Shown: one piece after another, positions 55,001 through 63,183 of the stretch
Numbering within the stretch: the stretch's first letter is position 1
Layout of the letters: every line of letters starts with the position of its first letter
Virus record (IMG/VR): IMGVR_UViG_2700989568_000007
Origin: an uncultured virus (IMG/VR IMGVR_UViG_2700989568_000007)
Lineage: Duplodnaviria; Heunggongvirae; Uroviricota; Caudoviricetes
Strand: one strand, 5' to 3'
Length of the DNA: 64,000 nt
Notes under the pieces: generated by a model
The model's database searches: none
Seen by the model: only the letters and a program-made list of their open reading frames with translations
Told to the model about the DNA's origin: nothing
Made by a program: the position numbers and the translations under genes

Positions 55001-57796
55001 GAGTTCGTGAACGGCGTAATGATGGGGCTTGGAGCAGCTGGTGGCGTGATGATGAAAGCAGATGCAAACGCATCGGCGATTACCACACTCCAGAACACAG
55101 TAACGCAGCAAGGTAAAGATATTACCTCGTCCAGTAGCGCAATCACGAGTCTCCAGAATGGACTGGTAGCAGCGAACAGCAACATCGACAAGAAAGCTGA
55201 CGCAACGGCGCTTCAGTCACTCCAGAACACGGTAACACAGCAAGGTAAGGATATTTCCACGCAGAGCGGTAATGTCACCAACCTGCAGAACAGCCTGAGT
55301 GCCACGAATACCGGACTTGCCAATCTGGTTGCGGACAGCGACGCGTCGAAAAAAATCATTGGAAACCTTCTGACCAACTCATCGTTTGAGCGAGGTCTGG
55401 AAGGTTTCAGCGGCGGCGCGTCATTTATAAAGGTTATTGATGCTCAGTCGCCAAATTCGGGAAGTAAGATCCTGTCATGTGGGGCCGGTACGGGGACAGT
55501 CTCCCAAAGCATCGCAGTGACGAAAGATCGCACCTACAAAATCGGCGTGTTTGCTCGCTGTCAGTCTGGCTCCGTTGTCGACAATCAGAGCAATAACAAA
55601 CTGCGTATCGGCAACTCTGTCTTACTCGCTGACTTTCAGTTTAAGCCTGCTGATTTGCCGACTGATTCCACATGGAAGGAGATTGCTGGAAAATGGAAGG
55701 CTACGGTTACAGGCAAAGTTGATGTTTCCATCAACTCATCCCTGTCATCGGGAACTCAGTATTTCGATGATTTTTACTTCATCGATATCACTGACATAGT
55801 GAACATCGACGCGGCGAGCAATGCGGTTGCTAGTCTGACTTCGCGAGTTACCAGTGCGGAAGGTACTGTTTCCAGTCACACCGGGAGTATCACGAATCTG
55901 AGCAATAGCCTTAATTCGTTGAATAACACGGTTTCTGGTAAGGCTGATGCTTCGGCACTTCAGTCACTGCAGAACACGGTTACGCAGCAAGGCAAAGACT
56001 TGTCTTCTGCGAGTGGCAGTGTCACTGAACTGAAGAGTAGCCTGAATACGCTGAAGGTCCAGAGTAACCCGTGGATCGACGGTACTTTCGAAACCTATGA
56101 CAACAATCAGCAGTTAGGCGGCAGCACTGCGGTTGTTACGACGGACTTTAGCTACTCCGGCAGCAAATGTCTGAAGGTTACTCGCCCGGCCAATACCAGC
56201 GGGAATGCCGACAAAAGCATCGGCTCTTATTCTGTGGTACGCCAGAGCGCGAAATATCGCGTTGAGTTTTGGGCTATGATGCCAGCAAGTGAAGCCCCGC
56301 CGTCTGGCTGGTCTGTGGTCGTTGGTCTGCACTCCATCAACAAAGATGGCGGGAATGACTGGCAGGGCATTACGTTCAACGAGGCTGGTCTTGGCGGTCG
56401 CGACCAGTGGGTTAAGTTTACTGGTGTAGTGAAAGTGAGTCCGAGCGTTACCCGTAGCCATGTATGGATTTCTACTCGTGGTCAGAGTGGCTCCAACACA
56501 CCTGGATACGCGGTGTACATTGATGATTTCGTCATTACCGATATCACTGATGCTGCGGATGCACAGGCTACGGCGGATGCAAACGCAACAGCAATCTCAT
56601 CGTTGCAGACGAAGGTCAGCGATATCGATGGGAAAGTGACTGCCCAAACGTCGCAACTGTCTTCCATGCAGTCGAAGGTAGACGCGTCTTCTTCGAAAGT
56701 GGATCAGCTGTCTAAGACCATTTCGGACAGTCAGAGCACTCAGGCATCGTTGAATACCAGCTTGCAGTCGCAAATTGACGCGCAGGCATCGGCAAACATC
56801 AAAAACCAGACGGAGTTGAATAACGCCACCACCTCGCTGGCGGCAATTAAGTCAACTCAGCAGACCCAGGCCACAACGATAAGCGCACTGTCTCAGCAGC
56901 AGACGAATTTGACAGCTCAGGTAGGAGGCCAGTCAGCCGAGCTTCAGGAGCTGAAGAAAACGGTTGTCGAAAACGGCAACGTTAACAGTACCTGGATGGT
57001 CAAAATGGAAACCAACAGCAATGGTAAAAAATATGCTGCTGGTATTGCTTTAGGTATCGATGGCAAAAATTTGCAGAGCCAGTTTCTGGTTCAGGCTGAT
57101 CGCTTCGGCTTAATCAACACCTCTAACGGGAATACGACTACACCTTTCGTTATCGAAAATGGCGTTGCCTACATGAATGCCGCTGTGATTAAGGATGGCT
57201 CCATCACCAATGCAAAAATTGGCGGTGAAATCCGATCTGACAATTTCGTTAACGGTTCAAATGGCTGGAGAATTGGAAAAGACGGTAGTTCACAGTTCAA
57301 CAACGTAGTTATTCGTGGTGAAGTTCACGCAAATACTGGTGTGCTTAATAACGTGACTATTAACGAGAACTGCACTGTGCTTGGCACTGTTCAGGCCAAT
57401 AAAATTGTTGGTGACGTTGTGACAATGACCGACCGTGTTGTTAAAAACTGGCCAGCTTCCGGGAATACCTCATCCGGCACGCGCTACCTGATTGCAACGA
57501 TTGACGGTATGCCCTTTGAACGGCGTATGGTGTTCAATGGTTCCGTTGTGATTGTTCAGTCATGGCGTCAAAACGTAACAATCCGCGTTGATGAAACGAC
57601 CGTTTGGACTTTTGACTCTGGAAACGATGGTAAGGACTTTGAAACATCAATCTTCTCAATCCGTATCCCGGCGTCAAACTTCGGTCAACGTCACCAGATT
57701 ACCATTCAGTGGCCGAACCGTGGCGATAGCGGTCAGTTCCGGTTTACAGGGGTTGTCTCGATGTACAGAACTACTGGCTCCATCTCTCTGGCTTAA
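46052..57796 (+). CDS. Tail tip / host-specificity protein J-like, ~3,900 aa, with many inserted carbohydrate-binding-like domains
   Basis: gpJ N-terminus (DLLGEG, NPAWILFDLLT..RYGLG, GCTSRGQAHR.G.W), FN3 domains, repeated N..FE...W modules separated by heptad repeats, and DUF1983-like YAAGIALG...FLVQADRF. Confidence 0.93.
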   Translation: MDQFKKKRLPLLIAGAGGKKSSGSSRTPVEADDTVNSRAMASILDLLGEGVVGGLINGAKSIFIDGVALENEDGSFNYSGVTWDFRDGSQDQSPMPGFDFVETPKAVNTQLKTTNAVTVAIDNDDADRVRVIMKFPSLRSIDKKTGDTNGTSVQFKFQLANGNGSFYDVIATGESSSDVTLTAKKTGVYYRSYEIQLPKPGRAYKVRVLRLSADSNDQYLFNDTWVDSIGEIVDTPMNYPNSVLVGLKVNSEQFGSSMPSRSYLIRGLKIRVPSNYDENTNTYNGVWDGTFKLLSSSNPAWILFDLLTNARYGLGKFVSESMIDLGQLYQIGRYCDEEVDDGFGGKEKRFAINTQITSRQDAYRLIQDIAGAFRGMVFWAGGMVNIMQDSPSDPVMLFTNANVKDGLFTYKGSARKDRPSVALITYNNKQDGYKQNVEYVEDQEAMARYGERKTEAVAFGCTSRGQAHRVGLWLLYTARMESDMITFTAGLDASFLMPGETVLIQNKYRAGKRNSGRIVSFTKNSITLDAPVSLKKSGSFIRIINQEGKIVERDINETGDNITKVTFKTALATADQPVANGVWTITEPDLVPMRARVVAIAQGETPGSFDITVVQNNASKYQAIDNGAALVPENTTVLDPTYSKPSNLVISEGTYLSSPGNLSVKLMLAWEGKSPEYWVSWRRSDEGNVSNWQSARATEEQYEIVNVAENGRYDFQLYSVSFGGKKSEIITAVYQVKGTMTPPGAPTSLTAVGDYRNVVLNWVNPDSVDLAQINVYASKTNKLDTATLIAQAATTTFTHAGLGDNETWYYWIRAVNKRGMVGQPNSNLGTEATTRDVLSFLKDKITSSELGKELLDEIDSKATQEAVDNAIGEVQNSVNESIQQVENDLAQTSSEIKAQVDSVNQSLKENIDTVNQTIVDNIDTVNQTINTNISNVNSQIEAAKQSIKDGDAALSQEIKKAQSSLTTSLSQTSKDLTAAIQKETNDRIADVNDAAKQAADQLLSAKNELKTSIDSLSEVVTSGDENLARQISQIAAGTGEQFDSLKIWYFDQDAEGWTEDDNGYTPMSVTSDGWLKANNPTSTCRSPNGLTIDAHAYRFIKMRIKKVGNPTWNAKMFWIGADETGWNAGRSVVINEPEYDDKGIAILTLHDIEWRDSTTIRRFRFDFTSGQDADNYLLFDWIAVGRPTPGAGMAALQEEQQARANADTAEAQARSTLAAQIRGSSESGNLDDIRSGLIYQEKNARITADAAEASARESLQTEFNRNKASVAEELHTLSTEQASQASKITGLQTSLGQKADASAVQTISQKVEEQGNTLKSQGAALSTLDNRVGSVESGVSANSKAITGLQSTVTQQGKTLSSQSESITTLNNSLSDIQSDTDTAKSNPSNLLVNASFERDLAGWSAGNSVSSVIKASAPHSGSKILVCAAGTVQITQSVSVVEGRTYKLSSFVRCTTDAVISSPGNNKLRIGAATLLKEIPIRPENLPKDETWKEVSDTWKATLTGKVDVSIMSSLKTGSQYFDDVGFVDVTDALAIEANASATNTLTSRVSSVEGTITSQGQQITSMQNSIKNKADASAVTNLTNRVTAAENQISSQSQSITSLSNSLDNANADADASKAIIGNMLKNNSFERGFEGWEYVGWTLLEAQNPKSGKYIIQAGKLASGGDSGCNQTVELQAGKTYRIGAWVRKSADFAINNAGNNKISLRNADLTPLKDIPITGAGLSTNWALISGEYTPAKTASVVVSLRASVASGYMYLDDVFCVDVSNEKAIDATSNALSTLNSTVTQQGKDITSNSNSITSLSNQMVNGRQNMWVRSVYNVQLANSTIEPTFSDINGKAPTSIEEVPDAAKLDFASAGSYVIAHYKAFVKVNADTTITMAPGARVFDDTGAVYVNGVRVAFGNASWNTVSFDLKAGWSTVEFLVNQWSGQAYINLGFKLSEKVAQLNSALGMNALSNAISAVTSNVSTVGDRVTSTSQSVTDLRNSLEQTNANLANKADAQALSTLSSTVTQQGDKIISQGNSITKLTNDLEAADANIAKKADQSAVTTLTGRVEKTESGLTAANSNITSLSSSLNQQSKRGANLLPDGTFESYAVGHNLSNNRVIVTTDDSHGGSKCIRVTRPNDYNANATDNSDNHIFSGFQIRDNAVFYMECWVKLDAKSTAMAENAQISIGLSLQYQDNSWQWPAVTKAAKDLSSTQWTKVSGYLKSTKSGIKQAMVRISIPNVSSVKAGNSFLIDDLVITEVTDAYNAQSTADANANAISTLDSTVSQQGDQITSQGNSITKLTNDLATTNNNVSKKADQSALSVLSGRVDQTESGLSSANSSITALNSSVRAGNATSGDLISNPTFDPEFSQMGFTVVSSSSEGVPANCPYAYVARIAARDHHPNFAAIPATLGDVYEMSALVACGTGSADFNLYLGTATRPSGSVGAPLSSGGNRKASATWQRVTWRFKITQGIVDRGFFRPFLQINQSSPFGTVWYVTDWHLRNVTDSSKVQDSLDATAKAVDSLTSTVNQQGENISSIGTRTTNLENNLRTTNANVAQKADANALTALTNRVTQTEKDINSTSSSVTNLNNKVDAISVGGTNLIKNSGDMAGWSNVVSDTYRGNAVTGATVKAGSGYKDLREITLESPVDAGEYVYSFYAKGGVAGQTMTAFFYNPNTTTSIETSQGAKGNNSDGRAQFTLTTSWARYWVKWKQTPTTGTKRLILCRIESNTSKDQTVYINSPKFEVGNVVSDWNESPSDSASASAVDSLTTKVNQQGTSISSIGNRTTSLENGLSTAQNNIAKKADASALQDLRNTVTSQGGDLTAANSSITSLQASMNRRTVFTVTARGNGNSVTPGVFDESGKNLFTPGRSWALVTFAKHSDGSTVIATSKTYDVFGSADNGATMSADIEALASGTYVCVLTFDEPSGNRGKILSALESLGGTSEVVNSLPYRGAYILLGRKGMKPGDGLELRAPTGGDGTAHISTSVEFVNGVMMGLGAAGGVMMKADANASAITTLQNTVTQQGKDITSSSSAITSLQNGLVAANSNIDKKADATALQSLQNTVTQQGKDISTQSGNVTNLQNSLSATNTGLANLVADSDASKKIIGNLLTNSSFERGLEGFSGGASFIKVIDAQSPNSGSKILSCGAGTGTVSQSIAVTKDRTYKIGVFARCQSGSVVDNQSNNKLRIGNSVLLADFQFKPADLPTDSTWKEIAGKWKATVTGKVDVSINSSLSSGTQYFDDFYFIDITDIVNIDAASNAVASLTSRVTSAEGTVSSHTGSITNLSNSLNSLNNTVSGKADASALQSLQNTVTQQGKDLSSASGSVTELKSSLNTLKVQSNPWIDGTFETYDNNQQLGGSTAVVTTDFSYSGSKCLKVTRPANTSGNADKSIGSYSVVRQSAKYRVEFWAMMPASEAPPSGWSVVVGLHSINKDGGNDWQGITFNEAGLGGRDQWVKFTGVVKVSPSVTRSHVWISTRGQSGSNTPGYAVYIDDFVITDITDAADAQATADANATAISSLQTKVSDIDGKVTAQTSQLSSMQSKVDASSSKVDQLSKTISDSQSTQASLNTSLQSQIDAQASANIKNQTELNNATTSLAAIKSTQQTQATTISALSQQQTNLTAQVGGQSAELQELKKTVVENGNVNSTWMVKMETNSNGKKYAAGIALGIDGKNLQSQFLVQADRFGLINTSNGNTTTPFVIENGVAYMNAAVIKDGSITNAKIGGEIRSDNFVNGSNGWRIGKDGSSQFNNVVIRGEVHANTGVLNNVTINENCTVLGTVQANKIVGDVVTMTDRVVKNWPASGNTSSGTRYLIATIDGMPFERRMVFNGSVVIVQSWRQNVTIRVDETTVWTFDSGNDGKDFETSIFSIRIPASNFGQRHQITIQWPNRGDSGQFRFTGVVSMYRTTGSISLA

Positions 57797-57848
57797 GTTT
57801 CAGGCGGCTCTTTGAGAGCCGCTCATTAAAATTACAAGGAATGTAATT

Positions 57849-59375
57849 ATGGCAATGTATGAAGTTGGCACCGTAACGGGTGCAGCAAACCAGGCAAAGG
57901 TTACTGGTATTTCAACAAAGTGGTCGGAGCCCGCACTTGGTATTCAAGAGGGTTCAATTTTAGTCATTTATCGCAATGGAAGTGCTGATCTGTATGCCAT
58001 CAAATCAGTAAATAATGACACTCAACTGACTTTGACGAGAAACATCACAACAGCTTTTTCTGGTGCGAAATATGGAATTATCACGTCAGAAACTGCCAGC
58101 ACATCGTCTTTTGCGAACCAACTAGCCAGTGCATTTACTCTTTGGCGTAACGTTGTCCAAGGATGGTCTACAGCCCTGACCGGAAGCGGCGACATTACGA
58201 TGACAGACCCTATTACAGGTACGCAGGTGACCGTACCGGCGATTGCCGGGATGGCGAAGGCTTCGGATCTGGATGCGCTGGCTAAACTTTCAGGGGGAAA
58301 CAACCTCGCCGGCTCGCAAATTATAACCAGCGATAATTCCGGTTTTATTTTGGGCAGGAATTCAGATCTGGCTCTGCTCAAAAAACAGGGGCAAGGCGGG
58401 ACAATTGCCGTTGGCTCGGGAACACCGTTCAGGGTTCAACGTTCAAGAGCGACCACTGTATCACCGTCAGACACCTATGATGACATCCTCGTTATTGGCA
58501 CCAACAACCAGACGACGTTGCCCGGAGATTTGGTTGTCGGTGGTGGTTTCGATAATACGGCAAAGGGCAAGCTGTATTCCCAGGCGTTAGAGCTGTCGAT
58601 GGGCACTCCGTACATCGATTTTCATCATAACAATAGTACCAACGACTACACTGCTCGTCTCATAACCACAGCCGCTGATCAACTGAGTGTGCAGGGGAGC
58701 CACCTACGGGTAGACAGAGACCTGCGGGTGGGGCAAGCGGCCGACATCGGCAGCTGGATACAGTGTCGCTATGACTGTGTGTCCCAGCAGACCGACTTCG
58801 GTTCCCCTGCCATTGGCGCGTTAGTTTCCGGTGGCAGAGTCCGGTCCCGCATGACAGGGCGTGGAGGAAACGGCGACACGTCTGGAGCGTGGGGTGGTTT
58901 CTACCTTGAAGAATACGTTGGGTACAACCACCGAGTGGTACTGTATATGGACGGCTTCGACAGAAAAGATGCCTGGCTCTTTTACACCGGTGGGACAATC
59001 TCCACACCTAAAGGCGATGTTATGACCACTGGCTCAGACGTGCGGCTGAAAAAAGATTTTACGGATTCTCAGAAAGGGGCATCCAAGCGTATTAACGCGC
59101 TGGGGGTATGTGAGTTCAACATGAAAGGCGAAACACGCCGTAGGCGTGGATTTATTGCTCAACAAGCCGAAAAAGTGGACCCGATTTACACTTTCCAAAG
59201 CGGTGATGTAGAAATTGATGGCGAGAAGATCAATATCCTTAACGTAGATCAGACAGCAATTGTCGCAGACCTGGTAACTACCGTTCAGGAGCAATACGAA
59301 TGTATCGAAAAACTAAAAGGTGAGATCCAAAATCTAAAGGTTTTAGTGATGAACACATCAGCAAAAGCGACTTAA
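57849..59375 (+). CDS. Tail fibre with C-terminal intramolecular chaperone (peptidase S74-like)
   Basis: MYEVGTVTG N-terminus, PYIDFH repeat, GSDVRLKKD cleavage motif, GFIAQQ and terminal coiled coil. Confidence 0.88.
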   Translation: MAMYEVGTVTGAANQAKVTGISTKWSEPALGIQEGSILVIYRNGSADLYAIKSVNNDTQLTLTRNITTAFSGAKYGIITSETASTSSFANQLASAFTLWRNVVQGWSTALTGSGDITMTDPITGTQVTVPAIAGMAKASDLDALAKLSGGNNLAGSQIITSDNSGFILGRNSDLALLKKQGQGGTIAVGSGTPFRVQRSRATTVSPSDTYDDILVIGTNNQTTLPGDLVVGGGFDNTAKGKLYSQALELSMGTPYIDFHHNNSTNDYTARLITTAADQLSVQGSHLRVDRDLRVGQAADIGSWIQCRYDCVSQQTDFGSPAIGALVSGGRVRSRMTGRGGNGDTSGAWGGFYLEEYVGYNHRVVLYMDGFDRKDAWLFYTGGTISTPKGDVMTTGSDVRLKKDFTDSQKGASKRINALGVCEFNMKGETRRRRGFIAQQAEKVDPIYTFQSGDVEIDGEKINILNVDQTAIVADLVTTVQEQYECIEKLKGEIQNLKVLVMNTSAKAT

Positions 59376-59459
59376 AAGGAATAATTATTGTATGTAAGTA
59401 CTTACCTACAATTAGTTTCTAATTTATGATATAAATCTGCCATCCGATTTGACTTATTC

Positions 59460-59795
59460 ATGGAGGAAGACATGTCAAACGAGATGGCAGGCGTGACGCC
59501 AGAGCAGGTGGAGCGCATTGCCGCAATTGTTGCGCGAGAAGTCGTAGGAAAATTAAGTAAGGAGCTTCGCGATGATATTGGCCAGGAGGTCAACGATCAG
59601 CTGCGAACCTACTTTGGTGATATGACTCCGGCGCAACATAGCATTCAGCATTCCAACCTGGACAAACTTCTTAATCGGCTCGACACGATTTCAAGCGGGT
59701 TCTTTGGAGGCATTATTTCCAAGATTACCTCGTTCCTGATCACCGTGCTGCTTTTGGGTTTGGCCGCTTATGGCGTGAAAAATGGACTGCAATAA
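59460..59795 (+). CDS. Putative holin/antiholin-like membrane protein
   Basis: C-terminal transmembrane segment; first gene of the lysis cassette. Start may be 59472. Confidence 0.55.
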   Translation: MEEDMSNEMAGVTPEQVERIAAIVAREVVGKLSKELRDDIGQEVNDQLRTYFGDMTPAQHSIQHSNLDKLLNRLDTISSGFFGGIISKITSFLITVLLLGLAAYGVKNGLQ

Positions 59796-59808
59796 CAGGA
59801 GAACAAGG

Positions 59809-60501
59809 ATGAGTACTCCAAGAGGCATTCGTAACAATAACCCTGGTAACCTGGATAAGGGGTCGCCGTGGCAAGGGCTAGTAAACAATCCGGCGGAACC
59901 GCGGTTCTGCACTTTTAAAGACCCCGTATGGGGGATTCGAGCACTGACAGTAACGCTCATCACCTACCATGATAAGCGCCGCGCAAAAGACGGTTCCAGC
60001 ATCGATACGATCCGCGAAGTCATCGAGCGTTGGGCGCCGCCACATGAAAACAACACGGCCGCCTATATCAATGAGGTCTCTAAAGCCGTAGGCGTGACGC
60101 CGGACATGATCATCGATCTGCATGACTACAATACTATGCGGCCGCTGGTGGAGGCGATTATTCGTCATGAGAACGGTCGTGGCCCGTTGAAAACACTCAA
60201 TAGCTGGTATTCGGCCGAAGTTATTGACGAAGGTATGCGTCGCGCCGGCGTCGTTAAACCGGTGACTGCAGTGAAAGCCGTACCTGTCACGAAAGAAACT
60301 GCAGGCGCAACGGTGACTGCAGGTATCGGTATTGCGCAGCTGGCGGACGTAATGCCGCAGATCTCCGTTGCGATGGATAAGGCCCAGGGACATATCACCA
60401 GCGGGGACACCGTTCGCATTATTTTCGGTATTGCGACCATTGTTGTCGCCGGCTTTATTGCCTGGGCGCAGATTCGTAAGCATCAGGCAGGAGTGGTGTA
60501 A
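59809..60501 (+). CDS. Putative endolysin (RNNNPGN lysozyme-like family) with hydrophobic C-terminus
   Basis: PRGIRNNNPGNL, RWAPPHENNT..Y and AIIRHENG motifs; C-terminal transmembrane segment. Confidence 0.75.
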   Translation: MSTPRGIRNNNPGNLDKGSPWQGLVNNPAEPRFCTFKDPVWGIRALTVTLITYHDKRRAKDGSSIDTIREVIERWAPPHENNTAAYINEVSKAVGVTPDMIIDLHDYNTMRPLVEAIIRHENGRGPLKTLNSWYSAEVIDEGMRRAGVVKPVTAVKAVPVTKETAGATVTAGIGIAQLADVMPQISVAMDKAQGHITSGDTVRIIFGIATIVVAGFIAWAQIRKHQAGVV

Positions 60502-60503
60502 CC

Positions 60504-60755
60504 ATGAACGGCAGCCTGTTTTCAAAGGTCAAATCGACCATCATGACTTTGGCTGCCGTCTTCTTTGTGCTCGTTGGGGCGTACACCTGGGGTGGACGCG
60601 CTGCCCGGCGGGCCATGGAGGAAAAGGCGCAGAGAGAAACCAACAAACGGCTTCAAGGCACAGTGGATGTGAAAAATGAGACGATTAATGAAGTCAGGAC
60701 TAAGGATGCTTCTGCCGTTCATCGCGAGCTTCGCGATAAGTGGATGCGTGATTAA
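60504..60755 (+). CDS. Putative i-spanin (Rz-like)
   Basis: N-terminal transmembrane segment plus coiled coil; overlaps a lipoprotein ORF. Confidence 0.68.
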   Translation: MNGSLFSKVKSTIMTLAAVFFVLVGAYTWGGRAARRAMEEKAQRETNKRLQGTVDVKNETINEVRTKDASAVHRELRDKWMRD

Positions 60756-60897
60756 ACCTCAGACCGTTGGCGTACAATTCTGTGATGGGGCAAACCCTAT
60801 CTACATCAGCAAGGACGACGCCCTGACAGAAGAAACTGAGAGGGAAATCCTGATCCACAACACGCTGGGTGAAAGAATTTGTGATTGGGGGCGGTAG
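60706..60897 (+). CDS. Putative o-spanin (Rz1-like lipoprotein)
   Basis: MLLPFIASFAISGC lipobox; overlaps the 3' end of the i-spanin gene. Start uncertain (60676-60706). Confidence 0.68.
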   Translation: MLLPFIASFAISGCVIKPQTVGVQFCDGANPIYISKDDALTEETEREILIHNTLGERICDWGR

Positions 60898-61171
60898 CAT
60901 TTTATGCCCCGCCTCAGAGGATACGCTGCGTTACACTACCTAAACTATGGCGTATCCTCTTTTCTTCACATCTGTCGTCAGAGCTTGATATTCACGGCAT
61001 CTAACTGTGCTTCATTCAACCTCATGTTGAATGATCCTGCTTAATGATGTAGATTTGATATGACTACAGTCATAACGTGTAGTCACATTCAAGCTACGCA
61101 TACTCGTAGCCTCTAAACCCCACAGGGGGTCGCCGCAACGACAGCATTGTCTCAACGGCTAAGGTGGAAAC

Positions 61172-61570
61172 ATGCATAACGCACTTAACTCATCACGTTC
61201 TATTCAAACGATTAGAGACTGTACCAACATGATCGCATCGGTTCCTTTGCGTCATTGGGATGACTCGCTCCAAATCCGAGAAATGGGCACACCAGGTGAA
61301 CTTAAGGATCAGCGTTTCATCATTACACTGAAGAGTGACGTGGAAGCAGGTAGCTTTACTATCAAATTATTTGCTGAGTTGATGGTTCTGAACAACCGTT
61401 TGCGCTTCCTCGTGAAGCCCGAAAAACAGTTTCCAGAAGTCGTTTACTGCGAAAGGCAAATTTTTTCGGATATCGAGAGTGAAATTGCTACTTTTGTTAA
61501 GGACAAGTACAGTGTAGATGTTAGTCTTGTCCGTACAGATAAATCAATGGACATGCGGCTTGCAAACTAG
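61172..61570 (+). CDS. Accessory hypothetical protein
   Basis: 132 aa; its stop abuts the next ATG. Confidence 0.68.
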   Translation: MHNALNSSRSIQTIRDCTNMIASVPLRHWDDSLQIREMGTPGELKDQRFIITLKSDVEAGSFTIKLFAELMVLNNRLRFLVKPEKQFPEVVYCERQIFSDIESEIATFVKDKYSVDVSLVRTDKSMDMRLAN

Positions 61571-62353
61571 ATGGCACCTTCACTAATCGCGGATTACAAA
61601 AAGGTACTCTCAGATTTCCCAGATCATGATAAACGCGAAAAAATCCGAGTCGGCTATACGGTTGGCTCGGATTTTTCTGTTTTGCGCCTTACTGAGTGGG
61701 CGTTGACGGGGTCAAGTTACCCATATTGCCTCACTGTATCTGTGGTAGGGGCGCCAGATAATGAGTGGTTGCAAGAAATTGCGATAGAAATGGATGCCTC
61801 TGATAATGATGAAGAGGAAATCATTGGCTACATACGTGCTTTAGTCGGTGCTGAACCTGAAGATGATGATGGCATCCAGATCGCTAGATTTGTATACAGA
61901 GATTTTCTGTTTCGGTCACAACAAGGTCACCACAGCGGAGTGCAGATTAAAGGTGCTTTTGTTGATCCTTCCAAGGAAAAGAAAGGCCTTGCCCGCTTAG
62001 TATATGGCTTCCTCCTTAACTGGCACGAGCATATCATCAGCGATGACCATCAGACGGTTTATGGGGCTAAGATATGGGCCGTTGGGATGTTAAAAGTAGG
62101 TAGAGTGCAAGTCTACGATAACATAAAAAGTGATTTTGTAGATGTGCTTACTGAAGGCGGTATCGGTATAAATGGATTCAAGCCTTGGGATGCTATGATG
62201 CTCAAAGAAGCACAGCTAAAGCACTGGAACCCTATGGCGATTAGTATAGACCCATCATCGCAGATTCTAGCCATCATTTCAGCGTCTGACAGGCATCAGT
62301 ATAATGGTGTTACTGTGTTTTTAACAGAGTCGTTAGACGAAGGCTCAGAGTAA
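61571..62353 (+). CDS. Accessory protein with GNAT-like acetyltransferase motif
   Basis: IKGAFVDPSKEKKGLARLVYGFLL...ISDDHQTVYGAKIW. Confidence 0.62.
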   Translation: MAPSLIADYKKVLSDFPDHDKREKIRVGYTVGSDFSVLRLTEWALTGSSYPYCLTVSVVGAPDNEWLQEIAIEMDASDNDEEEIIGYIRALVGAEPEDDDGIQIARFVYRDFLFRSQQGHHSGVQIKGAFVDPSKEKKGLARLVYGFLLNWHEHIISDDHQTVYGAKIWAVGMLKVGRVQVYDNIKSDFVDVLTEGGIGINGFKPWDAMMLKEAQLKHWNPMAISIDPSSQILAIISASDRHQYNGVTVFLTESLDEGSE

Positions 62354-62359
62354 CGAGAT

Positions 62360-62382
62360 AAACCCGCTGCGGCGGGTTTTTT
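62360..62382 (+). terminator. Rho-independent terminator
   Basis: AAACCCGC-TGCG-GCGGGTTTTTT. Confidence 0.8.
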
Positions 62383-62517
62383 GTTGCCATCCTTTAATTA
62401 ACTCCAAAGTACCTACCATTTCACCTTTACACCGCAGCCGTAGGCATTTAGGCTATATCGCATATAAGAAAACAAGTTGTTTCATACGACGATAAATCAC
62501 ACGTAGGGATATCACGA

Positions 62518-63183
62518 ATGACTCAGATCATTGTGGTGGGCGGCACCAAGGGTGGCCCAGGCAAATCGACTGTTGCTCAGCAAATTGCAGCCTGTCTGAA
62601 AATCAAAAAGAAAAAGAAAGTCCAGATCACTGATATCGACATCCAGCGCACCACGACAGGGTGGTGTGAAGACCGCCGGCACAATGAAGAACTGGAGCTG
62701 ATCCCGTTCGCCTATGTCCAGGATGACATTATTAAACACATCACTTCGCTTCGCGGCCGTTACGATTACGTCGTAGTCGACGCTGGTGGTTTCGACTCCG
62801 AAATTCAGCGCCAGGCTATGCTGATGGCCAACGTGATCCTTATCCCGCTTCGCCCGAAACGCCGCGATCTGAAATCCTTACGTGACATCGACCCCATCGT
62901 CGACAGCGTTAGCAGCGTGAATGACCAAATCAAAATCCGTGCTGTAATGAACCAGTGCCCGTCTCTGCCCTCCCAGGCTGCGCGCATTATCGCTGCAAAA
63001 GAAATTGTCGAAACCTTTGGCATCGAGGCGGTGCCGGTGAACCTTTACAACCGCAACGTCTATGACGATGCCGAAGAGGCGGGTCGTTCCATCTTTGAGA
63101 TGACCGGAGCCGAACGCGACAAAAAGGCTGAGGCCGAGATTGAAGCATTAGTAGAATACGTAATGACCTTGGAGGGTGAATAA
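62518..63183 (+). CDS. parA: Plasmid partition ATPase ParA (short type Ib)
   Basis: Deviant Walker A KGGPGKST, DIDIQ, and YDYVVVDAGG. Confidence 0.92.
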   Translation: MTQIIVVGGTKGGPGKSTVAQQIAACLKIKKKKKVQITDIDIQRTTTGWCEDRRHNEELELIPFAYVQDDIIKHITSLRGRYDYVVVDAGGFDSEIQRQAMLMANVILIPLRPKRRDLKSLRDIDPIVDSVSSVNDQIKIRAVMNQCPSLPSQAARIIAAKEIVETFGIEAVPVNLYNRNVYDDAEEAGRSIFEMTGAERDKKAEAEIEALVEYVMTLEGE

